NCBI RefSeq assembly: GCF_024521635.1
Contig: NW_026250418.1
Coordinates: forward strand, 434,001 to 498,000
DNA: 64,000 bases
Reading direction: 5' to 3'
DNA from: Tricharina praecox
Lineage: Eukaryota
Part shown: positions 63,325 to 64,000 of the stretch, one piece after another
How positions within the stretch are numbered: position 1 is the stretch's first letter
How the letters are laid out: each line of letters begins with the position of its first letter
Position numbers and translations under genes: made by a program
Notes under the pieces: generated by a model
The model's database searches: none
What the model was told of the DNA's origin: nothing
Seen by the model: the letters and a program-made list of their open reading frames with translations, nothing else

Positions 63325-64000
63325 ATGCGCGAAAGCCTCACTACCATGCCACCGGAGCTCCTGTTGATGATCATCGAAAACCTGCCGCGGTTGGGCAATG
63401 CGGTCAACCTAGCCTATACCTGCCGTCGATTCGGGTACCTGTACGAAGCGAATATCGGTACCATCGGACGTATGCTGCCCCCAAAGGACTCCGTCTTCGC
63501 CAACAACATCGGACGGAGCTTGTGGAAGGATGCGCTCCGGCTGCACGACCTCTGCCATGGTACGTGCAAGCTATCCGATATATCCACTGTCGGAACCCGA
63601 ACTAACCGCCTCCAAATAGGTGACTCCGGCATGACTAGAGGTGAAAGATACAGAGAGATGTTCACCACTGCGCGAAACGTTGCAACCGCAGCTCTGCGAA
63701 TCGAGAGGGTGCTTTGTCACAATCTTGGCCGTGTTAGCGATAAGTGTCGCCACCGTTCAATTCAGAAAGCGCTATACGATTACTTGTACGCTGTCAACAG
63801 CAGGGACATAGATCCGCTGTTGCAGGCTACGGTTCGCAAATCCCGCGACGGCGACCCCGATGTGCCTCGCAGTTACTCATCATTTCTTCGGATGGTTTGG
63901 AAGGACTGGGATGTGAGCTGGCGGATACCCAGAATGCCAGCCGAGGCGAGGCGATTAGTGAAAGAGTTCGAGGAGGCACACTATCCGGGAGGCCAGGGCC
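63325..64000 (+). CDS. F-box-domain protein, partial (runs off window); probable intron 63560-63619
   Basis: Manual translation MRESLTTMPPELLLMIIENLPRLGNAVNLAYTCRRF (F-box pattern); frame open to the window end; not in the ORF track. Confidence 0.75.
   Translation, partial: MRESLTTMPPELLLMIIENLPRLGNAVNLAYTCRRFGYLYEANIGTIGRMLPPKDSVFANNIGRSLWKDALRLHDLCHGTCKLSDISTVGTRTNRLQIGDSGMTRGERYREMFTTARNVATAALRIERVLCHNLGRVSDKCRHRSIQKALYDYLYAVNSRDIDPLLQATVRKSRDGDPDVPRSYSSFLRMVWKDWDVSWRIPRMPAEARRLVKEFEEAHYPGGQG

Overview
Eukaryotic DNA from a filamentous ascomycete (short GT-AG introns with CTRAY branch sites; Pezizomycetes is an unverified guess). About 20 protein-coding loci can be built by hand: partial IND1, an RGG protein, LUC7, HP1/Swi6, cytochrome b5, an AGE2-like ArfGAP, a BSD protein, DOA4, VPS27, HBS1, KAR2/BiP, a Ser-rich membrane protein, an SLM1-like PH protein, panB/ECM31, UBC8, phytochrome, RPC17, a kinase-like ORF, a stop-interrupted secreted-protein gene and a partial F-box gene. 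The strongest signals are in RNA processing. (1) UBC8 only gives the canonical protein if a 1-nt exon and a 3-nt exon are spliced in. (2) A secreted Cys-rich gene is interrupted only by two in-frame TAG codons, so it is either an A-to-I stop-correction candidate or a young pseudogene. (3) HBS1 carries a symmetric 717-nt Ski7-like cassette exon. (4) The phytochrome PRxSF tongue motif is split by a 12-nt microexon. Gene models and coordinates were derived by eye; no searches were run. No rRNA, tRNA or CRISPR array was recognised.
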